A stretch of DNA of 63,300 nucleotides, filler included, from Hyphochytrium catenoides (GCA_900088475.1; 9 parts of 9 records of this genome joined end to end with filler, not necessarily neighbours in it), one strand, 5' to 3'; positions 19,036 to 31,867 are shown, counted from the first letter of the whole stretch. The notes: generated by a model from the letters alone, not told the origin. Numbers and translations are program-made.

Positions 19036-19407
19036 GACGACCGCACCGATCTTTGATTTCACTGTGAAAGACGCTGCAGGAAATGACTTTCCCTTTGCGA
19101 ACCTGCGAGACAAGAAAGTCATGCTCATAGTCAACTCAGCCACCAAGGTGCCTCCTCTCTCTCTCCCTTCTTCCGCTCTCTCTCTTGCCGCTTCGGGTCC
19201 TGGTTTATTTTGCGATTTCACTCTCTTTCTTGTCTTTTCTCTTCTTTCTTTCCTTTATCTCCTTTCCCCTCGCTCTGCTTTCTCTCCTTCCCTTTCTTCT
19301 CTTTTTCTCTTTCTTTCTCGCGCGTCTTCGCTCTTCCCCTCTCCTTCTCTCTTTTTTCTTTCTCATTTTTTCTCTCCTGTTCTCGCTTTCTATCTTCTCT
19401 CTTATCA

Positions 19408-19454
<47 letters not shown>

Positions 19455-21080
19455 GTCCTCTCTCTCTCTCTCTCTCAGGATGAAAAATACTCTGAGCCTC
19501 AACTGAAGGGCCTCGAGGCGATTTACCAGAAATATAAAGACAAAGGATTCGAGATCATCGCCTTCCCATGCAACCAGTTCGGAGAGGGAGAGCCCGCGCA
19601 GGACGGGAGAGAGACAGAGAGAGAAATGAAAGAGAAATTTGGAGTCTCTTTCCCCATCATGCAGAAGGTAAAATAGACTCAAGAAAGCGGAGAAGAGAGC
19701 TAAGAGAACGGGAGAAAGAGAGAGAGAGAGAGAGAAGGACAGCTAACGAAGGCAACAAGAGGGACAGGACAGCTTAGGCAACATTGAGAGAAGACTATTA
19801 TCGTCCTTCTTCTCTTTTCGTCCTTCTTCTCTTTTCCTCCTCCCCTTCGTTGCTTCTGCCACCTTTTCTTTCTACTCCTTTTCCTCTCCGTTTTACGGCC
19901 TCTTTCCCCCTCACGCCCGTTTCTCTTTTTCTCTCTCTCGCAATCTTTTCTCTGCCTCTCTTCTTTCTCTCAAGATCCTTTTCTCAGCCCTTCTCTCTCC
20001 CTCGCTGTCTGTGTGGTACGTGGGCTTCTCTCTCTTTACAATTCTCCTTTTATCTCCTCGTCGNNNNNNNNNNNNNNNNNNNNNNNNNNNNNNNNNNNNN
20101 NNNNNNNNNNNNNNNNNNNNNNNNNNNNNNNNNNNNNNNNNNNNNNNNNNNNNNNNNNNNNNNNNNNNNNNNNNNNNNNNNNNNNNNNNNNNNNNTTTCT
20201 GTTACCAGGTTGACGTGAACGGAGAGAGCAGCTCTCCGGTGTTCTTATATCTGAAGAAAGTGACGGACTCGCTGCTGGTGAAGGCGCCAGGACAGCAGAG
20301 AAACGACCTGGAACATGCGGATATCAGGTGGAACTTCACAAAGGTAAAGAAACAATGGCACCAGGAGAGGGAAGAAGAGAGAGAGAGAGCGAGAAGAGGG
20401 GGAAGGCGGAGCGCAGGGAAAAGGGAGAGAGCAGGGAAAGAAGCAATAGAGGAGAGAGACAGGAGGAGGGAGAGAGAGGTTGAAAGAAAGAGACAAAGCG
20501 AGGGAAGGAAGGCCATTCGAAAAAGAAAGCGAGAAAGAGAGGCAGAAGAGAGAAGTAAGCCCCGACAGCACGTGGGTCTATAACTATACATAGATAAAGA
20601 CTCATGGAGAGAGAGACATGGAGAGAGGAAGGAGAGAGAGAGCCACGGAAAAGGGTCACCGCGCCTATCGTGCTCTATGATTGCCCTCAAAACTGTGATA
20701 GCGCTAACAACAAGTTCCCTCTACCTATTTCTTCCGCCTCTCTCTCTCTCTTTCTCTCTGTGTATGTCTCTCTCTCCCTCTTCCCCCTCCCCCTTTCACT
20801 CCTCCCCTCCCCTTTCTCTTTATTCTCTCAATCTCTCTGCCCTTCACCTTCCGTCTCTATCTCTTCCCTTTTCCCTGGGGCTGACTGTCTCTCTGTCTCT
20901 CTCCTCTAGTTTCTCCTGATTGACGGCATTCCTCGGAAGCGCTTTGCCTTTGACATGGAGCCTGCAGAGTACGAAGTTTTCATCGCCCACGCTCTTCAAG
21001 ATCCTGAAGGATTTCTAAAGGAACACTCTCTAGAGAAAGTCCAGGCTGTGGAAGCCACCAAGGTGCCCATGATTGGCTAG
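19036..21080 (+). CDS. Glutathione-peroxidase-fold protein (first exon not identified)
   Basis: Exons 19036-19147, 19479-19667, 20209-20343 and 20910-21080 (GT-AG, phase 0). Motifs: IFDFTVKDAAG, KVMLIVNSATK, GFEIIAFPCNQFG.GEP, FPIMQKVDVNG, IRWNFTKFLL. Confidence 0.9.
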
Positions 21081-22726
21081 ACGTAAGACTTCGAGAGAGA
21101 GAGAGAGACAGGAAGAGAGAGAGAGAGAGAAAGAGAGAGGAGGAGTAAGGTAGAGGTAGCAAGAAGGACAATAGTGTGTGGGACGAGGCCAAGGAATGGC
21201 TGCTAATAAGCTTGGTTTGCTCTTTTCTGCCGTCCTCTGCCGCAATTTTGGCCTAAGTAACAATGATTTCCTTCATGGTCAAGCCATTATGCTATTCTTC
21301 CTTAGTAGGAGACCAGAGAGCCAGCAGAGAGAGAGAGAGAGAGCGAGAGAGACAGAGGAGAGAGACACAGTGAGGGAGAGAAGAGACAAACGAAAGAGGA
21401 GAGGAAGAGGAAAGGACATGCATTTCGCTGTCTCTCCTACATTTGGGGTCACTCCATAAGCGCAGTGCCCGATTCGATTCGGTTAGCTACTGCTGCACAT
21501 TATATTATAGCAGAGCGGGTCAGGAGGCCACATGCGAGATGAAAGGCAGGTCTCTCTCTCTTGTCCCTTGTCAATATTTTTCTGCTCTCTCTCTCTCTCT
21601 CTCTCTGTTTCCCAATTTCTCTCTTTCCTTGTCGCTCTCTCCCTCTGTTCTTCCTATCCTCCCCTTCCCTCAATCTCCTTTTCCCTCTCGCTTCCCCTCT
21701 TTCCCTTCCTTCCTTTCTCTCACTCTTTTTCAGCCTCTTTCGCCCTTCGTGGCACTGCGTGCCCTTTCTCTGCGTCCCCGCTCTAAGTAGTAAGTCAAGA
21801 AGACGATGATGAAGGCAGACAAAACGCAGCTTCTCCACAAGGCTGTTCTCTTCTCCTCTACTAAGTTGCATAATTCCATCCTTTCGAGAGAGAGGGCGCG
21901 AAAAGGGCACTACACTAAGGAAGAGAGAGAAAGCAAGCACGACATGGGCATGTTAGATAGATATATTCGAAAAGAGTCATTAGCCAGGCAAGAAGAATAG
22001 GCTATAGCCCGCCCAAGACCAATTCAGAACAACCAGCGAAAGATGGCTGTCTGTTTCTCCGCCTAAAGTTCTCCTCCTGCAGACGGTTAAAGGCAGAACG
22101 AGGGTTAACCTACAAAAAAATTGTTGCCATTTCCATACGCTTTTCATCTTTCTCTACCAGGATCAAGCGCAATGTTTCTGTCGTGGAGAGGAGGATTAGC
22201 GAGGAGTGTTGAGCTTGACTGCGCTGCTGCTGCTCTCTCACTCCGAGGCGGGAAAAACGTAAGGGTCTTCATCTACTCGCAGGGGCCGACAGTCTTTGTT
22301 CACAGGTCTGTGCTCTTCTTTCTAAGATCCGACGAGGTAAGAAACACCAATCAAAGAGCATGGGACTGGAGAGAAGAGTCAGGAAGTCAGGACCATCTTT
22401 CAACTCCCCACGACTAGTAGAGTCAACTCTGGGATGGCTGACTAACGTTGAAGGACGGAGGGCGGAGGAGGAGGCACAAGGCGAAGAAGAAGGAGAAGGG
22501 AAAGGACAGAAGGATCCGATGGTAGGACCCAAGCGCGGGGCTCGCTTCAGATTCACAACCCACTTCCGGGCTTTAGGCCTTTAGATTTCGGGCTTGGCTC
22601 CTTCCAAGTAGAACCTTCCATGGCGTTGCGCGTTGCCTCTGTAGATTTCGGGCTTTCTCCGCTTGGTTTCGGCCAGTTTCCGCGCTCCTACGAACGGCTA
22701 GTCTACAGTCTCTTGCTTGGGGCTCT

Positions 22727-23145
22727 GTCATAACGTTAGCAAGTCCCAGTACAGTAACGAATAATAGTAAGGAAGAAACTTGTTGCAACTTGCAAAACGG
22801 TACTTGGACAAGTACTATCTCAAGTACAGAAGCTAAAGTTCAATTTAAGTAAGTACGTACATGGACAAGCCCTTGTCATAACGTTAAGGGGTTTTAAGTA
22901 CAGTACGAGTGATAAGGAAGGATATTTGTGCACGCAAACGGTACTTGGGCAAGTAGGTCTACTACTGTTCGAGAACCCAAAGCTATGATAGTACAAGTAC
23001 TTGTACAAGTTATAGTCATAACGTTAGCGATTCCAAGAACAGTAATAATTATGAAGGTCCTTGTGGAAACAAAACGGACTTGTACTTGTACTTATTTATT
23101 GTACAAGCCCTTGTCCAACGTTAGTGGTTACACGAACAGTGATAA
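22727..23145. repeat. Degenerate tandem array of 4 units (98-148 bp period) with conserved box GTCATAACGTTAG
   Basis: Box copies start at 22727, 22875, 23015 and 23113 (GTCCAACGTTAG). Each is followed after 11-12 nt by ACAGTR. Some units also share AAACGGTACTTGG and ACAAGCCCTT; the region is rich in GTAC. Confidence 0.8.
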
Positions 23146-24222
23146 AATAAGGGTCTGTTGGGTGTTGGAAGCAAGGTGTTTGTATATTGTATACTTATAG
23201 TTACTACTAACCAAGTACCCAGAGCTAAAGTGCAAGTCCACGGATAAGTAAAATGACAGAGTAATAATAGAATAACAATTGTAGTTTGTACGAGTACAGG
23301 TAGTAGGAGTGTTTGTAAGTACTTGACTCTAATACTTAGAGAACTGTCCTGGCTGATTGGCTGGTGATAGTGATCGATTACAGTACAGGAAGTGAAGCGG
23401 GGGNNNNNNNNNNNNNNNNNNNNNNNNNNNNNNNNNNNNNNNNNNNNNNNNNNNNNNNNNNNNNNNNNNNNNNNNNNNNNAGAGAGAGAGATGAAGGAGA
23501 GCACACACACAGGAACGGAACGATAACATAATTTGAAAGAGAGAAAGAGCGCGCGCGCGAGAGAGAGAGAGAGCGCTAGAGAGAGAGAGAGGAAAAGGGA
23601 GCGATAGAGGGAGAGAAGAAGAAATAGAGAGCCGGACGGCGCTTAAAATCAAGTGGAAAGGCAGCTAGACAGACAAAGAGGAGAAGGCATGGCAGAACAA
23701 CGTCTACAAAAGTAGAGACGAGAGAGAAATATTCGGGAAGTACAATAGTAAATCCTTTAGAATCAACAGTAGAATTACCGGTTCTACATAAGGAAAAGGG
23801 GATGAGCCTTACCTAAACTCCCCAATTTTGTTTCTCTTCCTTACTTCTCCTTCTTTGTCTTCCTCTCTTTCTTTGTCTTTCTTTCATCCCTTCTCTGTCT
23901 TTCTCAGTTGCTTTTGCTGTTCTCTATATATTATCCCAGAATTTTGAGCACTCCGGCTTTCCGCCTTTCTCTTCACACGGTCTTCTTTTTCTCCTCTCTC
24001 TCTCTCTGTCTCTATTTCTCTGTCTCTATTTCTCTGTCTCTGTCTCTCTGTCTCTCTGTCTCTCTGTCTCTCCTTTCTCTCTCTCTCTCTCTCACTCTCT
24101 CTCTTTCTCTCTCTCTCGTCCCTTCTCCTTCTCCCACTCCCACTAATATACACACACATTCACTCTCTCATGCGCTAAGACAAATATTGTAAGCTCTCCT
24201 ACTTCAAGTTTCGCTAGTGACC

Positions 24223-24577
24223 ATGTTCAATGCCCGGGGAGAGAGAACGGAAGATGATGATGTACGGAAACCCACGTAGAATATGTTCCTTCTCTCTTTC
24301 TTTGTCTTACTTTCTGCTCTTTTCCCTTTCATTGTTTACTGACCTTCGTAAGGAGACGACCTTCTCCCTCTTCTCTCCTTTAGATAGCAATCAGAGACGG
24401 TGATGGCCAAGAGGATACTCTTTCGGCGAAACCGCAGCGTGACGCGGAGAGCTCTCGACTATTCGAAGAGAGTCGGTCTCGCTCTCTTTCTCACTTTCTT
24501 CTCTTCTCTCTCTCTTTGCAGACACACACGGACACAAGACACTCTCTTTCGCTCTCTACCTCACTCTATTGTGTTTC

Positions 24578-24616
<39 letters not shown>

Positions 24617-24951
24617 TCTCTCTCTCTCTCTCTGTCTCTCTCTCTTTCTCTGTCTCTCTGTCTCTCTCTTCTCCCGCCTCTCCTCTCTCTCTCTTCTTTT
24701 CTCTCTGTCTCACTCTATCTCATGTGTCATGATTCCTTTCTTCTATTTTTCTCGCCGTGACTTCAATATAAATTGTCTTCAATACTGCCTCTCTTCTCTT
24801 TGAAGATTATCGAGGAGAAGACAGTCAGGAAACTGGTAGAAATCTAGATGAAGAGAAGAATAGGAGAGAGGAAGGAAGTAATAAGGAGGAATATTCAGGA
24901 GGAGGAGAGAAGAAGGTAGGAACGGTACGTCAGGAGTTGGAGAGAAGGTAG
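24223..24951 (+). CDS. Possible small spliced, highly charged protein (~90 aa)
   Basis: Exons 24223-24261, 24384-24471 and 24806-24951 join in frame across GT-AG introns with pyrimidine tracts (MFNARGERTEDDD|IAIRDGDGQED..|..YRGEDSQETG..). No recognisable domain. Confidence 0.3.
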
Positions 24952-26001
24952 GAAAGACTCCTTCCCAACACGCTCAACAGCAAGTCTTTCTGACCAAGAA
25001 GAGAGAAGAAACGCAGGAGCGAGAGCTAAGGCAAGAAAGGAGAGACGGAAGGTAGGGATGCGAGGGCAGCAGCCGGGGGACGGGAACAAAGAGAAAGAAC
25101 AAGAAGAGAATCAAGAGAGAGAGAGAGAGAGAGAGACAAAGAGCAATGAATCCGGAAACAGAAGAGGGTCCCAACGTCAAGAAGAACATTGCTTGAAAAA
25201 ATTAGAGGCCACCGCTGGTGGCGGTTTGTTGCCTTCTTTAGCTCTCTTCCTTGATAGAAGACCCTAGAGTTTGTGCTCAGATGCGGTCTCTTCCCTCTCT
25301 TTCTCTTCTTCTTGCTCTTTTCTCTCCTCCTTCAACGTGGTGCGAGATCTACCTCTGTTCCTGGAATGAGAAAAGTGGGAGGAAGGAGAGGAACGGGAGG
25401 AAAGCGGGGATGTTGTCAATAGATGGCGAACGAAGAGACACTGGTGGGCCATCCAGGCGTCTGTCTCTCTTCTCTCTCTCCCTCTCTGTTGGTCACGGCT
25501 CTAGGAATATCCTCCCATCTTTCTCTCCATTATTATCTTCTTCAATATGCACCAACGAGCTTTCTCCTTCCCCCTTCTTACCTTCTCCCCTTGTCTTCAC
25601 GGTCTCTCTTCCTCGTCGCTCTTCTTCTTACTCCTCTTCCGCTATCTCTTTTCACTTTTATTGATAAAATAGTACTTCTCTCTCTCTCTCTCTCTCTTTG
25701 CCTGTGACTCCGCTGCTTAGTCAGCCTCCGCTCAAACTCTTCTTCTGTCTTCTTTTCCTTCTTCTCTCCATCGATTCCTCCCTATTTTCCAAAGTTCCTC
25801 TTACAAGAGAAGAAGAAGCGCCATCAATACTTTTGCTCCAAAGCCGAGACGGCTTCTCTTCTCTTCTTTTCTCTATCCCACAAATCCCATCTCCCAACAC
25901 ATTGCCTCACTCGTTCTTTTCCTTTACTCTTCTCTCTTCTCTTCTCTCTCGCTTCTCTCCCGCAGTCCTATAGTCCTTGTTTATTTCTCCTACTGCACCA
26001 A

Positions 26002-27096
26002 ATGACGGCCAAGAAGAGACATCAGACATTTTCCTCTTCTCTTCTTTTTCTTCTCTGCTCTTATTTAACCTTATCAGTCCTGGCCCAGCAGCCGAATGTC
26101 GAAGAGACGAAGCTGCAACAACAAGAAAGAGTCTCCTTCTTAGAGTCTCTTTCTCTTCCAAGGTCTTTGCTTTCTCTCGGAAGAAGAGAAGAAGAGAGAA
26201 ACACCGCCGAGTTGTCGCATTCTAATCCAAGGAGCCAACAGGAAGGAGAGAGAATAAGACAAGGAAAGGAAAGAAGACACTTAGCGGTCTCTCCTCCCCA
26301 CGTCCCTCTCAAAGCAGGTCATGAGCCTGCTGTCATGGCTGGTGGCAGAAGAATAGCAAGAAAGCCGCGGTCATACCACCTCAGGGGAAGAGAGAATCCT
26401 AAGAGAAAGAGAGGAGCGCAGAACTCACCATCTGTTCTCTTGAAAGACCAAGAAAAGAGCAAGCAGAAGGTAGCGGAACAAGCTCCAGCAGTAGAAGATG
26501 CAAAAGCTGCTGTTGGGCCACAACTGACGCCTGAGGAGCAGAAGCTAATAGACAAGATGATGAAAATAGATCGTTTGGTAGCGCGAAATAGAGCTCAGGG
26601 AAAAGGCTCTACAGCGGCCGTGGCCCCACCGCCAGCGAAGAAAGCGAAGAAAGGCTATACTTCTCAGCAACAGAAGAAAAAACAGAGCCGCCCACCAGCG
26701 CCACCAAAAGGAACTAAGGAGACGACGACAGGAAAGGGAAAGCAACAAGAGAAGCAACAGCGTCCTTCGCCACTCAGAGGAGAGACAAATCAACAATCAC
26801 CAGAGGCTCAAGTTCCTAAGCAGCCAGAGATATCGCCTGAAGAACAGAAACTTCTAGAGGAAATGGTGGCACAGGAAAAAGCTTTACGGGAGGCTCAACA
26901 AGAAGAGTATCAGAAGATGAAAAGATTGAGAGAGGAGCTAGCTAAGGAAGCGCAGAGGAAAGGCCCGGTGGCAGCGAGGAAAGACGTAGATCCATTAGAG
27001 TTTCCTCCTGTCTCTCCTGCTGCCGGTCAACAAGGGCCAGTGGCCAAGGCTGCACCTTTCGTGCAGTGGCTGGTGGAGTTAAGTAAGGAATCGTAA
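26002..27096 (+). CDS. Putative secreted Lys/Gln/Pro/Glu-rich protein, unknown function
   Basis: 364-aa ORF that is mostly not microsatellite. Hydrophobic signal-like N-terminus (LLFLLCSYLTLSVLA), RSLL..EEER and RRHL motifs, internal repeat TPEEQKLIDKM / SPEEQKLLEEM. Confidence 0.7.
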   Translation: MTAKKRHQTFSSSLLFLLCSYLTLSVLAQQPNVEETKLQQQERVSFLESLSLPRSLLSLGRREEERNTAELSHSNPRSQQEGERIRQGKERRHLAVSPPHVPLKAGHEPAVMAGGRRIARKPRSYHLRGRENPKRKRGAQNSPSVLLKDQEKSKQKVAEQAPAVEDAKAAVGPQLTPEEQKLIDKMMKIDRLVARNRAQGKGSTAAVAPPPAKKAKKGYTSQQQKKKQSRPPAPPKGTKETTTGKGKQQEKQQRPSPLRGETNQQSPEAQVPKQPEISPEEQKLLEEMVAQEKALREAQQEEYQKMKRLREELAKEAQRKGPVAARKDVDPLEFPPVSPAAGQQGPVAKAAPFVQWLVELSKES

Positions 27097-29253
27097 AGGT
27101 CATAAAGTCGAGAGGGAGAGAGCGACGGCACAGAGTGAGAGAAGAGAAAGAGACATGAGTGTCCCTTAGAAGGTCGAATCCTCGCACAACGACTATGGTA
27201 GTTCTCTACAATCAAGAGCGACTCCTAAGAGATATTCTCCTTCCGATCTGAACCCTGCTTAGCCGCTCTCTGACCCCTTACGTTGTAGAGGATAATGCCG
27301 ATCTTCTTNNNNNNNNNNNNNNNNNNNNNNNNNNNNNNNNNNNNNNNNNNNNNNNNNNNNNNNNNNNNNNNNNNNNNNNNNCTCCCTCTCTCTCTCCCTC
27401 CTCTCTGTGCCTCTCTCCTATCTCTCTTTTCTTTCATCTTCTTCCCCTCTTTTCTTCTCTTCTTTTCTCTCCTCAACCTTCGCTGGCAACCTCCCTTTCC
27501 CTCCTTGAAGCTGACACACTGTCAGTTGGACAAAGAAGGACATAGATCAAGAAGTACTTCTTTTTTTGTCTGCCTCAAGGCTGACAGTCATTTGTTTGTC
27601 CTTGATTGTTCTGCAAAGTGCGGGCCTTTTCTCAGGGGGTTTCCTCTGCTGCTCCATTCCTTTCAAACCTACTAGCGCTATCGACTACTAGAGCGCTAAC
27701 AGATAAAGGAGCTCCCGACCATAATGGGAGGGCTCTGTAAGCAACGATGGATTCTTCAACAGCCAGCTAACGAACGACAAAGGATGAGGATTTTTCTCGT
27801 TTGCTCTCTTTCTCGTTATCAGTGGATGTCCGCCCAGCTGTAAACCACGGTTCCCTTTCTCTCTCCTCTTTCTACTACCAGCCCTCGCTCAGCACCCTAC
27901 ATCAACGATTGGTGATGGAAAAAGTAGAGGCAATCCTTCTTCTTCCTTCTCTTCTGCCTTGCCGCCGAATGCTGTTCTTTCTCATCCCATGATTAGGGAA
28001 TACATAGCAAAGGCTGATGAAAGAAGCTGCTATGTCGCTAACTCTATAGAGCTACCTTTATAATCCAACCCAAGGGGAGCAGGGAGGCGGCTAGGGGCTA
28101 AGCTGAGCTATAACCTAACTAATCGGATAAGCAGGCGGATCAGCGAGCTACTATTATCCTCTTACTGGTAATTGAGAAGACGGACTTTCTGCTCACAACG
28201 GACCCCTCCTTCTTCTCCGTGGCCTCTTTGTAAGTAGGAAAGAATAGTGGAGTCTGCAGATCCAGTCGTCAATCAGACGTAAGGTGATACGAAGAGCTCA
28301 TCATACAGACGACAGGAAGACCTAAGAGTTCTTTGAGAGATAGATTGTTGGACGCGTACTATTAACCAAAAGGATCGCTTGTGCCCGTCGTAGAAGAACG
28401 CCTTTGAAGGTAATATAAGAAGCTACTAGGCAACTACTACTACTTGGGAGAAGAAGAAGAAGAAGGAGCAAAGGAGGAATGGAGAGGACGCAAGTAGCAT
28501 CAAAATCTTTGGTTTCGTCAACTGTCTGTCGTCTTCCTCGCTCCTCTACCATCAATACATTCAGAGAAGCGAAGCGATCATAATAGCTAATTTCTCAGCA
28601 ATAATTAGAGGAGAGGAAATGGAAAGCGAGAAGAAAGGCACCAACCAAGGCCATCATCACTCGCTACCAGCAGACCAGCAACAGAAGAAGAAAGAAGAGC
28701 CCTGATGAAGAGGAACACGCGTCAATTGTTTTCCTTGCGCATCACCAACAAAAGAAAATCTGGTGACTGCGAAGGCGTAAAGCCATCGCAATAGGAGGTC
28801 AATCTTTTCTAAATCCGAGTAACATCATCAAGTGAAGAGCAAGCTTCACAAGCTGCCGCCCATTCACACAGTCAAAAAGAACACGAGGCAAAGCTCCCAA
28901 AAAGTCCCAAGAACTCTAGGCTAAGTAGTAATAACTCTTTGAATTAGGTATATTAAGATTTATAACCTCTTGCTTTCTCCTTCATGATGCCTTGGCAGGG
29001 AAGTTCTCTATGGCATCATTTAGTTTCTTATCGGCATCGTGTTGTGGTCATTGGTTGTCTCGGTTGTTGGCAAAGGCTCGGACTCATCACACTCTCCGGC
29101 TTTTCATGAAGAGAATGTGCCACAGATTTTGAAGCGTATTCCTCTTCAGCACTTGGACTCTCCTCTAGCTTGCATGATTGAGCGTGATGATGATGGTCTC
29201 GACGCCACGCCCTCTTCTTCTGCTGCTCAGTCTCCTAGTAGCGTTATTGCCCA

Positions 29254-29450
29254 AAGTTCAACTATGAGGATTCTTTTCCTATTCCGATAATGGTGGCGGC
29301 GGCGGCGATCACGTAGATGAAGAGCGTAGAAAGAAGAGTCCAGGACTTTGTAGCTCTTGCCTCTTCTTCTCTTCATTTTCTTCTTCTGTTTCTTCCGGTT
29401 CTTCTTCTTCCTCTTTTTCCTCCCTTCTTCTTCTTTTCTTCTTCTTAACC
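29254..29450. repeat. Dispersed repeat copy 1, running into a (TTC)n-rich tract
   Basis: AGTTCAACTA..ATTCTT..CGATAATG..GAGTCCAGGACTYTGTAGCYCTTGYCTCTTCTTC is shared with the copy at about 35349 on another scaffold. Confidence 0.6.
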
Positions 29451-30318
29451 TAGTACTCGTGCCAGTGGAAAAAAAAGAAATCGTTCAGAAGGTATCTAAG
29501 CCATTTAATCTTTTCTTGCCGTTTGTGTGTCCAGAGTTTCTTTTCCTGGGAAGAGACTATGAAGGCTAATTATAATGAGACAAGAAAAGCATGAATAAAT
29601 CGGATGAAAGAGCTAAGATATTCTTCAACTCTTCGTCTCCGCCCACTGCCTCCCAAGGACTGGGCCCCTGAGATGAGAGAAAGATGCAATACCTTTGTTG
29701 GTCGAACCTGTCTCCGTTGGCTACGGAGATATGTTCAGACCTGTTATATCCGACCGCATGGATACCCTAGTCACTTTTTTATAGAAGAAGAAGAAGAAGA
29801 AGAAAAAGAAGAAGAGGAAGAAGAAGAAGAATCAACGAAAAGCTATAAAGCTTTGGTCTCTTCCTCAGCTCGATCTTCTCCACGCTCATCATCAGCAGTA
29901 AAGGAAGAATCATCGTCAATCTTCTCAGCAGTAACAAGGGGAGAACGAGGAGAAGGAGGTCTGGTTTTTCACTTCATGAATTTTTCTACGTTATAAACAG
30001 AAGTAAAAGAAGAGGTAAAGGAAGAGGAACAAGAAGAAGGAGGAGAACAAGAGGCAGAAGAAGGAGAAGAAGAAGAGAAATGAAGAGGAGACATTTTGCA
30101 ATCAACAAAAAGGCAACAAAACAGTAATTAAAATAAACCTTATCTTTATAGACACTAGAAACCATTCTGAAAGGATGCATTGTTTTTAGTTATTTGAACA
30201 AACAATTTAACTGTTTAGTCCTCCTCTTTTCAGGAATGTTTAAGTTATGGTTATGAAGTACTACTACTAATGTCTACTAAAGAAGAAGTAAAAGATGAAG
30301 AAAGAAGAAGGAGGAGAA

Positions 30319-30350
<32 letters not shown>

Positions 30351-31867
30351 AAAGAACAAGGAAGGCTATGACGCCTTGGTCTCTTCCTTCCCAACCTGAT
30401 CTCCTCCACACTCATCATCAGTGAAGGAAGAATCATANNNNNNNNNNNNNNNNNNNNNNNNNNNNNNNNNNNNNNNNNNNNTTAATTAATTAANNNNNNN
30501 NNNNNNNNNNNNNNNNNNNNNNNNNNNNNNNNNNNNNCGCCCGCGGCACAGTTCCTGCTGGCCGATTTGAGCTCCCTTGCTCCATGTCTCCGCGCCGCTC
30601 GTCTGCGAGCCGCAGAGTCTCCGCAGCGACGGCCGATACAACAAGCATTCCCATAGTCTTGCTGTATAACAGGCGCGGCCACCATAGAAAGCTCCTCTAC
30701 TTTCTCTATAGCTCTGGCCCCTGTGAACATATGGGTATGAAAGCTATGTTCTCGGAATCAGCAGATTACGGACTTTTAAACGGTATAGCCCTCGAATAAC
30801 CTTATTAACTCCGGAATTAGGTGCCTGAAAATTTACCCCCGAAAACAGGTGGTTTTGTTGTAGTTGACTCGGATAACTGTTATTTTCGATACATGATGGA
30901 AGCCATAGGTGAACATTGGGGACTACATGTACAGTGTGGTGTTGGGACATGTCATGCCAAAACTGAAGACGGCTTTGGAGGAGCAGAACGCGTTGAACTG
31001 TATACAGGGTTCTTAGTTGCCGCCCGATACGCACCTCTCGTACAGGTACATAGTAGATAGACCTTATTACGTATCTTTCTTGGCTCGATGGTGCGGCGAT
31101 TAAATGGCGCCTTCGATAATTCAAAGGTCTAAAAAACCCGACTGGCCACTCTCTCTAAGATAGGAGCATAGTGAGTAGGCGTGGGTCGGTGACAGGAAGC
31201 TTCTACATTGACGGACCCGCCACCTCTGGTTGTTGACTATCAACGACAGATGCCCTGGATTGTGGCTGTGAGCCAGTGAAAGACACAAGTCTTGGTCTCG
31301 TGGAGTTTCGCTCGCGTTTGATAGAGGCAATCAATCTGACTTTCGTGCCGATGCCCTGTTCGCCTGTAGTCAGCTTCACGGTGATGTCTGAACGCAGTCT
31401 CGTGGTCCCGCCGCTCTTCTCTGTTATTGGATTCTCCAGAAGTTTCAACACGATGGAGGAAGAAGAGGGTACCCATCTTCTGTCCCGTATGAAGCATAAC
31501 GGGGCACTGTGGTGACCACCTTCTCTGGTCATAGGTCGTCGAGCCAAATGATAGCGAAGGTGAGGCGCTAACAGATCACATGGCAAGCCGGCGTTCGGGA
31601 TAATAACGGGAGATGATGGTCGCAGTCAAGATTGCAGCATGAACGCACTCCTAGAGCAGTGAGGAGCCCACAAATCATTGGCAAGCAAGCACACCGCCCC
31701 ACCATAAATAGAGGAAGATGATGGGGCGGAGCGGCGGATACTAAAAGGTGTCTTCTTCGGGGAGAATAGTTTTGAGAACTTATTATTACAAAGGCCATAT
31801 TGTATTATAAAGTAGAGTACCTTCGAGACTGGCTACCCTCGTCACTACTATTGAGCCAAACTCTACA

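Noticed and set aside
19479-19495. TGA near the GPx active site as a selenocysteine codon
   Set aside because: The TGA is out of frame with the conserved downstream sequence and no AG acceptor puts it in frame.
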